From contig MU053472.1 of the NCBI GenBank assembly GCA_013239625.1, forward strand, positions 3,767,410 to 3,831,409: a stretch of 64,000 nucleotides of DNA. Direction: 5' to 3'. This stretch comes from Lama guanicoe. Lineage: Eukaryota. The notes beneath the pieces were generated by a model. The model did not search any database and had not been told where the DNA came from. It saw only the letters and a program-made list of their open reading frames with translations. This document shows positions 48,871 to 60,645 of the stretch, in pieces (positions within the stretch are counted from its first letter, which is position 1; each line of letters opens with the position of its first letter). Position numbers and translations under genes: made by a program.

Positions 48871-50987
48871 CCTCCCCTTCCTTCTTCCAGTTGTCAGTTC
48901 AGGATCAGGGAAGTCTGGTGACTCTGACACCAAATTTTTTCCCTCCTCCTCCGCATCCTACCGAATAGCACTACAATATAGTGCTCGCTGGTTCCTCCTG
49001 CAAAGGCCTGGGGGGCAGAGTGGTAGTTGAATATTTGCAAACCCTTCTCTAAAGACTACCCTTCTCCAGAGTGACTTCCCCCCTCTCCCAATTGACCCTC
49101 TGGTCAGCAAGAGGCATCTTGGAGTTATCTTGAGAAAGCTGGACCATGGGCAGGGGTAGGGGAGACTTCTGTGGCCTGAAGGAAGGTCTCACATCTTTCG
49201 TTCTGCTGGGGGCAATGTACCCTCCTTGCTGTGGGCCCACCGGGTGAACACATACCCCTTCAGTCCCCAAGAAGGCACTGAAGTCACTCTGCCCTCCCAC
49301 ACGGGATTGTTGGTCCCCCTCCTCCTGTCCTCCCACAGGCCCTTGGATAAACTGGCATCATAACATCACGGTACGGTGTGTTTGCACGCTTGTCTTCTGA
49401 GCTTCTTCAAGGCAAGGCGCCGATCTGACTCATAGTCAACTCCTGAATGCGTCATCCAGGGCCTGGCACCAAGAGAGCCTTCGGTGTTGGTAGAAAGACG
49501 AAACGAACTGGCAGATGGACAGACTAATGGAGCTTGTTGAGATGGGAGCTGCAGCCTCCAACCTTACGCCCCAACTTTTTTCCAGGGGATTGGGGGGGTA
49601 TAAATAACCTTTCTCCCACACCAAACCTCGATCACCACCAGACTCACAGTCCTTAAATTCTGGAGCAAGAACCGAACTCCCTCCCATCTCAACACCCCCT
49701 GCCCAGAGGCTTTTATTCACAAGACTACAATTCAAAGTGACGTAGTGCATATTTACTGAGAACCTACTGTGTTCACGGGACTTAGTGATACAGTGAGAGG
49801 AAAGAGCCTGAAAGTGTTTTCAAAAAGTGACTGTGCTTTTAACCCATCATTGACGTGGTTATGTTCATAACCGTCTTCATAAATGCAAAGTTCTCTCTGG
49901 TTCCTCTGATGGTTCTTTCTGGAAGTTTTTTAGACTTCAGCAGCAGTAGAGAGGGAACTGTGGGCAGCTCCCTAGTAAGAAATCTCCTTTCTTGCCAGGA
50001 CACATGGGGTTTCCACCATGTGGGAAGTCCTGGCCCATAGGATTATCCACAGCCAAATAAATCTTACCTTGTTCTCACAGTACTCTGAGAATTAGATTCA
50101 AGTGAGTGTTAGAACCACCTTAATGAGAGGAGAGTGTATAGGAGGGCAGTCTCAGCCCTTTAATGCGGGAGTCCTCTGTCCTGTGTATTGGACCCACTTC
50201 TCCCTTGTCATTGCTCAGCACCAGTCAGCCTAGAGACTCAAGGTCTTGGACTGGACCTGCCACAACCCCAGAGCAGGTGGTCTGAGTTAGCTGCACCTCC
50301 ACCACATCATCCCTGCAGACAGGACGAACTCCTAGGAACTGCTGTCCAAGGCTTAACTCTTAGCTCAGCCTCATCCCAAAGTAGCCTGTTCTCCCAATCG
50401 GCACCCTGCTGAATCCCAGGAAGGGTAACGGGGGATGTTGAGAGGAGCAAGATGGCACCGAGTGAGAAGACCCAGTGGGAATCTCCATGGCAACAGCTGC
50501 CGGAGGGGCATCCGAGGAGGCAGGAGGCACCAGCAGCACCCAGCACTGCCCTGGGAGAGCACAGAGGGAAGGCAAGATTCTGAAGGCACTGATACAGGCT
50601 CTCAGTCTGGGGTTTGGGGAGCAGAATTAGGAGGCTAGGGAGGCTGGGGCCAGGAGAAGAGCCCTTTGCAGATGGCCGGTTTGGAAAAGCAAGGCTTGAG
50701 GGCTACTGGAGTTGCTTTGCTGCAGGCTCTTCATTTAGGTCCCAGTTTTGGACCCCCCTCACTGCTGTCTTCCCCCGCTCTGTGCATCCTTAGCTCTTAC
50801 CCACCACAATGACAGCGATGGCCATTAGCTTGCTGGGAGGCCACCTAATAAGGGGGCCCGCTGTGTCATAGCACCAGGAGACCTGCCAGGTACCTGCCTG
50901 CAGCGGTGGGGAAGTGCTCGGCTCTCACAGCTCTCGCCATCTGCTCCCTAGCGCCTCCCTCACCAGTCTCTCCCCCTCTCTCTGCAG

Positions 50988-51110
50988 TCCCACCCCCTGT
51001 ACCTGTGCAACGCCAGCGATGACGACAACCTGGAGCCTGGATTCATCAGCATCGTCAAGCTGGAGAGTCCCCAGCGGGCCCCCCGCCCCTGCCTGTCACT
51101 GGCCAGCAAG
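50988..51110 (+). CDS. RNF43: RNF43 exon 3, aa 85-125 (PA domain)
   Basis: ctctctgcag|TCCCAC.. [41 protein letters not shown] |gtagac, 123 nt. Confidence 0.97.
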
Positions 51111-51689
51111 GTAGACTCGCACTCGATCCCTACACACTCCGAACTTCACCCAACTCTGGGCTGTGAGGCCCCTGTGCTCTTTGTCTGCTTGTTTCCTGAG
51201 AGTGATGTGCCCAATTCAGGTTTTCCTAACCCGTGCCTGGGCTGAGAGGCGTGGCAGTTCAGGCCTCTGTCCTTCTCCCGCCAACCAGTTACCTGCAGAA
51301 CATTCTGGCTGTCATCTAGCGTATGCACCCCCCCAGCCCCTCCCATCACCTGGCATTTCCTACACCCCTTCCCCTGCCCAGCATCAGAGCAAAGAGGGGA
51401 TTGGCTAGAGAGCTTTTCCATCTTTCAGAAATCTTTATCGAGCACCATTCAAGAAGAGCAGAAACAGAAGCCCTTGCCCCTAAAAAGTTTACACTCTTCC
51501 TCCGAGATTGCAAACTGGTGGCCCCACATTTCTACAGGACACCACTAGCCGGAGCTGACAGCAGCTGCCACCTTTCCGCAGCCGTGGGCTCTCTGGTTTG
51601 CCATGCTCCCCACTGGCTTGCTACCTCACAGATGCTGGAATCCCTGCTTCAACATGACTGTTTTCTGTGTTTATCACCTGCCAGGTGGG

Positions 51690-51880
51690 ACATGGGACAG
51701 ATACTTTTGACATAGTAGTTCTCATTTACTTTTCACAACAATCAGGAAAACTAGACATTATTATTCTCTATTTGACATATAAGACAAGTGAAGATCGGAA
51801 AACTTCAGGAACTTGCCAGGGTGAAGGGGCGGAGCTGAGATCTGAACTGAGCCTTGTCCAGTTCTCAAACCTGGGCTGTT
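51690..51880 (-). mobile_element. MIR fragment
   Basis: ctcatttacttttcacaacaatc..attattattctctatttgacatataagacaagtgaaga..acttgccagggt. Confidence 0.6.
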
Positions 51881-53329
51881 CGTCTCTGCTCTGTTGCCTC
51901 CCATTCTGGCTGGGAAAACTGAACATAGCTGAAAAGGTGCTCATGGTGACCTAAGCCAGAGTGTAGCTAGATGGTGGCTGGCACTGTCAGGCAGACCTGG
52001 GGGAGGGGTCCTGCTCCCAGGGGTGGTGAAAGAGGAGGGTGACGGTCCCTACCTGTGCCCAGACCCCACCAGGGACTTCCTGGTCTTCCCAAGGGCTGTT
52101 TCCTGAGCCGTGGGTCTCAAGGAAACAGCCTGGATTCTTCCCTGATCCCACAGCGGGCAGGGATGTGGGCAGGACTCTGAAATGTGGTGCCCACAGGTAG
52201 GTGAAGATATTCTGCCAGCCTGGCCATGCTGATGCAGAAGAGGGCTGCAGGGGAGGTGGGAAACAGGGGCCAGGACACATCTGAGGAATAGAGAATGTGG
52301 TGTCTCTGCCAGAGTGTGAGGTCCTTAACAGTGGCAGAATTTCGTGAGGCGCAGAATTTCGTGAGGCGGAAGCTACCCTGCTTCTGGCTAGTTCATTTCC
52401 CTTGCTTTGCAGAATAGGGGCAAATGTCATTCATTTATTCATGAGCGCTTGGTGTGAGGCAGTGTGGGTGCGAGGAGGCAGGGGAGGGAGATAAGATGGA
52501 TGGGGGAAGAAGAGTTCGGGGGAGATCTGTTCTTCTGAAGCACACGTGTGGGAACACTCGGCAGCCCGTAAGGAAGTGTCTGCATAGAAGGTTTTCTTCC
52601 TGTCGCTAGAGGACCACGCTCCTGTGGGAGAAATGAGCCACGTGCCCAGACATTGGGTAACAGGGAACACGTGGTCAGTGCTCTTTCAAGTACTGAATTC
52701 ACCTTTGGGGGCTTTGTTTCCAGCACTGTAAAAGGGGACTTTTATTTCCTACCCCAGTGATCCTTGTGAGGATGGAAATAATGTATGTCAGGTCCATATA
52801 GTGCCTGCGCTAACTCACAGAAACGGGAACCGGCAGTGGGGCCGAAGATGCACCCTGGCTGCTGCCCATAACCTCTCTTCTTCCTTAGGTCGCCGCCCGG
52901 GCTCCTCCCCGGCCACAGCCTTTGCCCCCATCTCTCTGGGGGTGCGGCTCCCACCACAAGCTTCCCTCAGGTCTCTCATCCTTCTGCTTGACCAAGTCAG
53001 ACCTACCCGGGATCCCCTGGCCCAGAGGAGGTCTGGGAAGGCAGTAATGTGGATCTCCGAGCTACTTTTTATATTTCAGACGCCCCACTGGCCTAACTAA
53101 AATAGTCTTTTTTTTTTTTTGCTCTTGGTGGGAATTCTATTAGTTTAATATATTAATACAAGTTACCTCATTAAAAAAATGAGGTGTGTGTAATAAATGT
53201 AGTTAGTTTGATAAGACATATTTAAAAAATTTGGCTCACAGGAAGCATAGAGGAAAGATGGGTCTTTGGTGAGGAAACTGGAAAACCACTGGCCTCAGTC
53301 AGCTCTGCTCTAGCACAACGATTAGGCTC

Positions 53330-53575
53330 AGTAGTGCTGTCACCATCTGCAGAGCTGGACTCTAGAGCCAGACAGCCCCGGGCCTGGAGCCTGGCGTCCC
53401 CACTGCCCCTCAGTGTGACAATGGACACTTCAGCTCACTCCTCTGAGCCTCTGTCTCCTCATCTGTGAAAAAGGAACGGAGGGGCTGACATCACACAAAA
53501 GTTATGAGGATTAAGGAGACCGCACAGATGTGCCCCGTGCTGAGCACACAGCAGTCACTCAATAAATGATGGCAA
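53330..53575 (+). mobile_element. MIR SINE
   Basis: ggactctagagccagacagccc..tgtgacaatggaca..ctctgagcctctgtctcctcatctgtgaaa..ttatgaggattaa..cactcaataaatg. Confidence 0.8.
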
Positions 53576-53934
53576 GTGTCACTGTTGTCATCATTGGCTC
53601 TGTCATCCCATGCTTTCCGTTAACAAGGTTGGTCCGTTTCGTTCATAGTTCTCTCTCTTGATCTCTTGAAGCCCTCCCCATAGTTTTTCTGGACTCTTTC
53701 ATTCTTGTCAGCACCACCACCTCCCTCCCCCTATCCAGTCACCCGATTGGCCTCTGTTTCTTTAGCAGCAACTCCATACGCAGCCATCCTTGTGATTACA
53801 CAGGCCCTCCTCATCTCATGCCTGGACTGGAGCAGGGGCCTTTTGCCCGGTAGAAGGAGCTCTGGAGGCCAAAATATGGGTACAAGCCCCGCCTCTCTTA
53901 CTGTAGAGACCACTCCCTGGTACCCAGGTACTCG

Positions 53935-54108
53935 GAAGGCTGAAGTCCTGAGTGGGCATTCTGCCTCCACTGCTTATCAGCTGTGTGACCTTGGGCAAGT
54001 TGTTTGGTCTCTCTGAGCCTCGGTTTCCTCAGTTCAAAAGTGGGGCTGATGACCATCTTATAAGAGCTGTTGTGAGGACTAAATGAAACCAGGTACACAA
54101 AGCACACT
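53935..54108 (+). mobile_element. MIR SINE (forward member of inverted pair)
   Basis: agctgtgtgaccttgggcaagtt..ctctgagcctcggtttcctca..gttgtgaggactaaatga. Confidence 0.85.
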
Positions 54109-54119
54109 AATTGCTGATA

Positions 54120-54310
54120 TAATAATAACTAATACTTACAGGCACTATGCTAAGGCTTTACATGGATTACCTTATTAGTCCTCAGAATAACCCTATGAAG
54201 TAGATCCTACAGAAAGGAAAACGGAGGCACAGAGCAGTTACGTGACTTGCCCAAAATCTCACACCTGTTAGCTGATAGCAGATTTAGGATTCAGACCTCA
54301 GCAGTCTGGG
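54120..54310 (-). mobile_element. MIR SINE (reverse member of inverted pair)
   Basis: aggcactatgctaagg..tcctcagaataaccctatga..ggaaaacggaggcacagagcagttacgtgacttgccca. Confidence 0.85.
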
Positions 54311-56847
54311 CAAAGTGGGTCTCAGTAAAGGTCATATCTCTTCTACTTCTTCCTACCCTTGCTTTTAAGCCTAGATGAATCTCTACCACGTGATTATGCG
54401 TCATTCTGGAGGGCCTGGCCTTCCCTGGCTTGGCGCCCCGGGCACCGTGGGTGCTCGGTTCACCTTTGATGAGAAGGAGATACGCAGTGACTGTCGCTGG
54501 GTCTGGAGAGGAAAAAATCTAAGGCCCGGGGAAGTGTAGAGAGTGTAGCGTAGAAGTCCTGGAACATGTTGGCTTCCATTGCTAAAGGCTGTGGGCAACC
54601 TGCTTGTCGCTCTTAGAAGGCTGGCTGACTCTTTGCAGCTCCCCAAGAGGTCTCCAGGGTGTCTTTCTAAAGCCCATTCTTTCTGTCTGGAGGGCTTGCC
54701 CTTTCTGTCTGTCTTCCAGAGTCTAATCCCAGAGGAAGTACTTCCTTTTCTCCCTCCCTCCCTCCCACTTGCTTGAGCGCAGTGCAGACAGCCCCAGTGT
54801 GGGCTGCCACCTGGCCCCAAGTCTTGCTTTTCGATTCCTAGAACCCTGGACACAGGCACCCATTGCCTGAAAGTCCTGTTTGTTTCCCCTGTTGGCCAAC
54901 CCTCACTCTTTGATCACTTTTACAACTTTGTAATTATGGGCTGTAATGGGCTGGGGTGTTTGAACGTCAGGGTAATTACTTTCCACTGTTTCTACCCCAA
55001 TCCTTCAAAGCGAGAGGGGTGGGGAAGTAAGAAAATCTCCAGAGAAGGAAGTCTGTGCCTGTCCCTCCTGCCCTTTCAGGCCCGGCTGGGTCCAGGGTCT
55101 CAGTCTGGGGATGAGAAACAAGGGGCCCTGGTAGCACTGAGGATCTAGGAGTCTCAGTTCTGTGACTCCTGGGGTGACCTCCCTACCCGTTGCCAAGTCC
55201 CGGACCGTGGGATTAGCAGTAGGAGGCCTTCTTCTCTCCCCATGGGGCTGCTCCCGTACCCTGGTTTGGAGGGCACTGAAGACTGGAGAGCTGCTTTTGC
55301 CTGGGGTCCCCGAGGCAGGGTAGTCTTCCTGGGAGAAGGTGGGCTGAAGGAGGATGAAGGCTGTGACCCCTCGGTTTCTTCAGCTGTTCCAGCCTGGAGT
55401 CCTGTGAATTTCCAGTCAATTAGCCTGTGGAGTGGGCCGGGCCGGGCCTGGGTGCTGGTAGAGGGAAGGAGGGAGGGAGGGAGGCAGTTACCCTCCTGAC
55501 CAAAGCAGGCCCCACTTGCCTGTAGGCTGCCTGTTCTGAGGGGCCCCCCAGCCCCTGCTGCCGCCTGGGGAGTGGGGATCAGGGAGCGGAGAAGGAGCCG
55601 CTCCCCTGGCCTGCTGGCGGGAGGCCTGTCCCGACAGGATCCCGGGAAGGGAAGCGAGATCACGGCGCTCCCGAGTGTGAGTAAGCCCGGCGGCTCCTCC
55701 TCCAGCCTCCACGACTTGCAGAAGGATTAACTCCTTCAGTGCCTGCTGGAAGGCCTTAACGACTCAGCAGGCCCCCAGGGACTGAAGCCCCAGCCCGAAG
55801 CCATTACATGGTGAGCCTTTGCTCAAGGGAGGAAGGCTAGAGAGGATGTTCAGGGAGGGAGAACTGGCACTGAGGCCGCAGCAAGGACTGTCTGTTGGTC
55901 CTTTGCCCTGTGCCTCCACCGCACCCTCAGCTCTTATCTTCATTCTCTTACCCCACACCCAGAGGCCTAGATTCCTGCTTTTTGTTCTCTTTCTGGCTTG
56001 GCTGTCTGCTCTGCCTGGTCGTAGCCTGGGAGAGCACGCGTGTGCGCATGTGCACAGTTCCGACCTTGTAGGAATGGCCTCTCAGGACCCTTCCTCCCTG
56101 CACCACCCCCCACCGCCCCCGTCTCTACTGCCACCCCCAGCGAGGGGGTGAAGGGGTAAAGCGCTGGACAGGGACTCCATGAAGTCCTTGAATTGGAGCC
56201 AGGGAAAGAGGTGGCAAACTAGAGTATGGCAGGGAGCGGCCCCTGAGATGGGCTGAGCCTGGGGCTGTCATAGATGCCTTGGGTGGGAGCAGCTTCCCAG
56301 GCTCTTGGAAACTTGCCCGAGGCTGGGGGTGGGGTGGGGTGGGGTGCTCTGCAGGCTCCTCTCTTCAGGCAGGGCTGGACCCTGGAAAGCCCAGCTCTGC
56401 TCTGAAGGAGCACCCCACCTCTCTGCTGTCCCCCTGTCCCTCTCTGTGCTGGGGACCAGTCACCCCCTGGCAGGTACTGGTCACTCCCTACTCTGTTCTC
56501 GCACTCAGTGAAGGTAGACCGGTGGAGCCCTGAGGGCAGGGCCTGTGTCTGATTTGTGCTTAGGCCTAGAGCCTAGCCCACCGCCTGGCACCAGCTAAAC
56601 CCTATTAACGGTTTGTTCCATTTCAAAGGGAAGGACTGAATTTTGTCCTTGAAGGCAGTGGACCTGGGTGAGCTCGGGGCAGGGCGGGGCAGGGGGTCCT
56701 AATCCCACTGACCCCTTGCAGGTGTTATATATGTGAGTGTGCAGAGGTGCGGTGTGTGCAAAGTCCTAGAAAGGGACGTGTGAGCAGGGCAGGCCAGGGC
56801 ATGGGTGGGCCATGTCTTTCTCTGACCCCTGCTGTGTGTCTCTGCAG

Positions 56848-56922
56848 GCCCGGATGGCAGGCGAGCGAGGAGCCAGCGCCGTTCTCTTTGACATCACGGA
56901 GGATCGGGCTGCTGCTGAGCAG
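56848..56922 (+). CDS. RNF43: RNF43 exon 4, aa 126-150 (PA domain)
   Basis: tctctgcag|GCCCGG.. [25 protein letters not shown] |gtaccc, 75 nt. Confidence 0.97.
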
Positions 56923-57034
56923 GTACCCGGGGACGTGGGGTGTTTGAGGAGGGGGCTGAACGGAGGAAGAGAAAGTTCCCGGGGAAGGAGAAGTCAAGGC
57001 ACAGCCACCGTTGTGGGCACTTTCCCTCCTGCAG

Positions 57035-57166
57035 CTGCAGCAGCCCCTGGGGCTGACATGGCCAGTGGTACTGATCTGGGGTAATGATGCCGAGAAGCTG
57101 ATGGAGTTTGTGTACAAGAACCGAAAGGCCCATGTGAGGATTGAGCTGAAGGAGCCGCCGACCTGG
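57035..57166 (+). CDS. RNF43: RNF43 exon 5, aa 151-194 (end of PA domain)
   Basis: ctcctgcag|CTGCAG.. [44 protein letters not shown] |gtaagc, 132 nt. Confidence 0.97.
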
Positions 57167-57775
57167 GTAAGCACTCCAGATCTCCAGCGCCAGCCCGAGC
57201 ACCTGCTCTCACCCTGGCTTTGTCCTGCGGCGGCTCCCACCAAAAGCCTTGAACTAAAGAGATCTTAAAACCCTCTAGCCGAACTTTATCCTCCAGCTGT
57301 ACACCTCTAGGCAGGTTTCTTCCCCTCTCTGGGCCTCATCTGCAGAATGAACAGATTGGATCAGCTGAGATCTAAAGTTGTTTGCAGCACTGTGGTTTCA
57401 TGGCATACAGTAGCAGAGCCAGAATGCAACCATGGTCCCTGGCCCCCTGACACCTGGCTGGTGTTTCTCTGTGAACTAGGAAACTCACCCAGCTGCTCAC
57501 TGGGCAGCTCCCACCTTGCAGAGGGGTCCTTTCCCCCTTTCTCCAAGCACACAGTCTTGAGACAGTACCTCTCACGGCTGACGTCTAGCGGACCCTCCCC
57601 TGCGAGTGTCCATGGGCAGAGAGGGACCACCTAAGCCCCCCGTAGCCTCCTCCCCTCTGCTGGAAGACTCAAGGGGCCCTTCATGCTCAGTGTCTCCTGG
57701 GCTCCTGCAGTTCTCCCAGACTGGCCCCACTCCTTTCAGAAGTATGGCCCTTTCCCTCTTTGCTTGCTCCCCCAG

Positions 57776-57880
57776 CCAGATTATGATGTGTGGATCCTCC
57801 TGACGGTGGTCGGTACCATCTTCGTGGTCATCCTGGCCTCCGTGCTGCGCATCCGGTGCCGCCCCCGCCACAGCAGGCCG
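57776..57880 (+). CDS. RNF43: RNF43 exon 6, aa 195-229 (transmembrane helix)
   Basis: ctcccccag|CCAGAT.. [35 protein letters not shown] |gtgagc, 105 nt. Confidence 0.97.
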
Positions 57881-58054
57881 GTGAGCAGGGTGGGCTCCCT
57901 GGTGGAGGTGGGCGTGCGCGTGTGCGTGTGCGTGAGAGGGTGGGGAGCAGGAGAGAAAAAGTGAGAAAAGGAGCTGCCCTTATGCCCATGAAACAGTTTA
58001 CACCTAAATAGCCCGACAAATGACTGTTGATTTCCAGCAGCCTCTTCCATAGAA

Positions 58055-59090
58055 TGAATGCTCATCTGTTCATTCATTCAACAGAGCGAGCTCCTGTCAC
58101 ATGCCAGGTGCTGTCCCAGGTACTAGGGGTAAAGCAGTGAGCAGGAAGACAGATCCCTCCCTTGAAGAGCTTTCAGCCTAGTGGAGACAGACAATAACAA
58201 AACAAAGAAGTAAAATATATAGTATTTTAGGAGGTGGTATGTGCCAGGGAGAAAAATAAGATAGAAAAAGGGAGGGAATGCAAAGGGCACAGGGTTAGTT
58301 TTCAGAAGCAAGGCCAGGGAAGGCCTCATTGAGAGGATGACATTACAGGAGAGACCCTAAATGGGTGAGGGGGTGATCTGGGCAGATACCTAGGGAGAAA
58401 GTGATGGAGGCGGAGAACACAGTAAGTGCCAAGACACTGAGGCAGAAGTGTGCCAGCTATGTCTGAGGAGCTGCAAGAAGGCCCCGAGGCTGGAGTCAAG
58501 AGAGTAAGAGGGCAGAGTAGGAGGCGAGGACAGAGAGTTCATGGGGGCCCAGTTGTACTGGGCTGTTTCAGCCACGGTCAGGACTTCATTTTTCACTCTG
58601 GGTGAAATGGGAGCCACTGGACGGTTTCAAGCAGAAAGAGAGCCATGATTTAACTGATTTAAGATTTAACACGGCTGTGATGAGACAGATTACAGGGAGG
58701 CCAGGCTGGAAGCAGAGAAACCAGCCCAGAGGCTATTCTACAGGAGTCCAGGTGACAGTGGTGGTAGCTTGGATTATGGAGGAAGCAACAGAAGTGGTGA
58801 GATTAGTTAGATGCTCGGTGTACTTTGAAGGCAAAGCCGGCAGGTTTTCTAAGGGATTGATCATGGAGCGTGAGGAGAGTCAAGAATGGCACCAAGATTT
58901 CTGGGCTGAGCAACTATAAGGACAGATTGTCACTTGCTGGGATGCGGATGACAGGGGAGGACTTGTGTGTGGTTAGGGGTGGTTCGTGGGATTAGGAGTC
59001 AGAACCTGTTAGGTCTGATGTGCCTATGAGATTTCCAACCTGAGATGTCAAGCAGGCAGCTGGATAAAAAGTCACGTTTATGGGTCATCG
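58055..59090 (-). mobile_element. L2 LINE, ~1 kb including 3' end
   Basis: Starts with the reverse L2 terminus ttcattcattcaacaga..catgccaggtgctg. Also ggaaggcctcattgag..ggagccactggacggtttcaagcag..gagatgtcaagcaggcagctggata. Confidence 0.88.
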
Positions 59091-59303
59091 AGAGAAGGAA
59101 AATGTAATGTTATGAGTGGAGGGATGGGGTGGGAGGGCATGGCCTGTGTGGCAGAGCCATGTATGAACGCCGAGGATACAGACTCCCAGGGGTGGTCAGA
59201 TGGTCATGTGATCTAAATGAGTGACGGGGAACCGAGTGCAAGCTGGAGTCGGGGTAAGGAAAGAGGACCCCTCGCCTCATTCCGACTCCAACCCTCTTCC
59301 CAG

Positions 59304-59465
59304 GATCCCCTTCAGCAGCGAACAGCCTGGGCCATCAGCCAGCTGGCCACCAGGAGGTACCGGGCTGGCTGCAGGAGGGCCCGGGCTGAGTGGCCAGACT
59401 CGGGTAGCAGCTGTAGCTCAGCTCCTGTGTGTGCCATCTGCCTGGAGGAGTTCTCTGAGGGCCAG
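59304..59465 (+). CDS. RNF43: RNF43 exon 7, aa 230-283 (juxtamembrane linker and start of RING)
   Basis: cttcccag|GATCCC.. [19 protein letters not shown]...[15 protein letters not shown] |gtaagg, 162 nt. Confidence 0.97.
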
Positions 59466-59634
59466 GTAAGGCAGGGCTGTGGTTCCCCTCGGACCAGGCT
59501 GGAGAGGGAGGCTGGAGCTTGTGAGGGGAGTCACTTAAGGCTGGTGTGGCTGCTTGGGCTGCATCTGTGTCCTGTGCATCCTGCACGGACAGCCCTGAGG
59601 TTTGGTTATTTTCCTGGTCTCCAGGGAAAGAGAA

Positions 59635-59830
59635 CCACTGTTTGTTGAGTGTGTACCCTGTGCCAGGCTCTGCAGTGGGCATTATCTCATTTTAGCCTCA
59701 TCACTGTGAGAGGTGGGGGTAGATTAATTTTTTAGCCTCATTTTGCAGCAGAAAACTGTTAAGAAACTTGCTCAAGGTCATGCAACTAAGTGGCAAACTC
59801 CAGGTGTACTTGATACCAAAGCCTGTGCCT
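59635..59830 (-). mobile_element. MIR SINE
   Basis: tgttgagtgtgtaccctgtgccaggctctg..attatctcatttt..aacttgctcaaggtcatgcaactaagtggca. Confidence 0.7.
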
Positions 59831-59926
59831 TTTGTGTTCTACTAGGAGGTCTTTGAAAGCAGGTGACAGCAATAGGGAGAGGCCAGAGGGAGTCAGGGAT
59901 GCCCTGCTTCCTGGCCACTGCTGTAG

Positions 59927-60115
<189 letters not shown>

Positions 60116-60645
60116 TAGAAGTGGCTCCCCTGTGCGAAAGTGTTTTGCTTTGAAGCTGAAGAGAAGGCAGGCCTGGCTCAGTGGTTCTTTAAGCTGTGCA
60201 CTGCTCAAGAGTGCCTCATCCGCAGGGGCCAGCCATTCCATTGCAGACATCTTTACTACGTATTCTCACCACAACTTTGTTGATTCTAAATCTGGGTGAT
60301 TTGTATATTATTCCGGTTTTCCAGCAATAAAGTATCCTAACGAAACCAGGATATTATGACAATTTTCTAAAAAGTGAAAATGAAGTATCTAGAAAGAGAA
60401 CCGTTTTCTAATTTACACAAAGGTGCAGTATAGGCTAGCAGTGGCCCCGGGTGAGGGTCCCAGACGGGCTGATGGGAGGAGCAGGGCTTGCCGTGCACAG
60501 TGGCACTCCCAGGGAGTGTCCTTGGTTCTCCAAACGGAACTTGAAGGCTATGTGGGCTGTTAGGTCCGCTGCAGCCACACTTTTCTGAACGCATCCTCCT
60601 TAGGTTTGTGGAGTCAAACACCTTGCTCTTGGCTCTTTCTTCCAG

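Noticed and set aside
56923..57084. Retention of the 112-nt intron 4
   Set aside because: It frameshifts to a stop at 57084, and there is no evidence of use.
57167..57268. Exon 5 read-through into intron 5 giving a secreted ectodomain
   Set aside because: The frame is open to 57268, but I saw no polyA signal in intron 5. A retained-intron transcript would be an NMD target.
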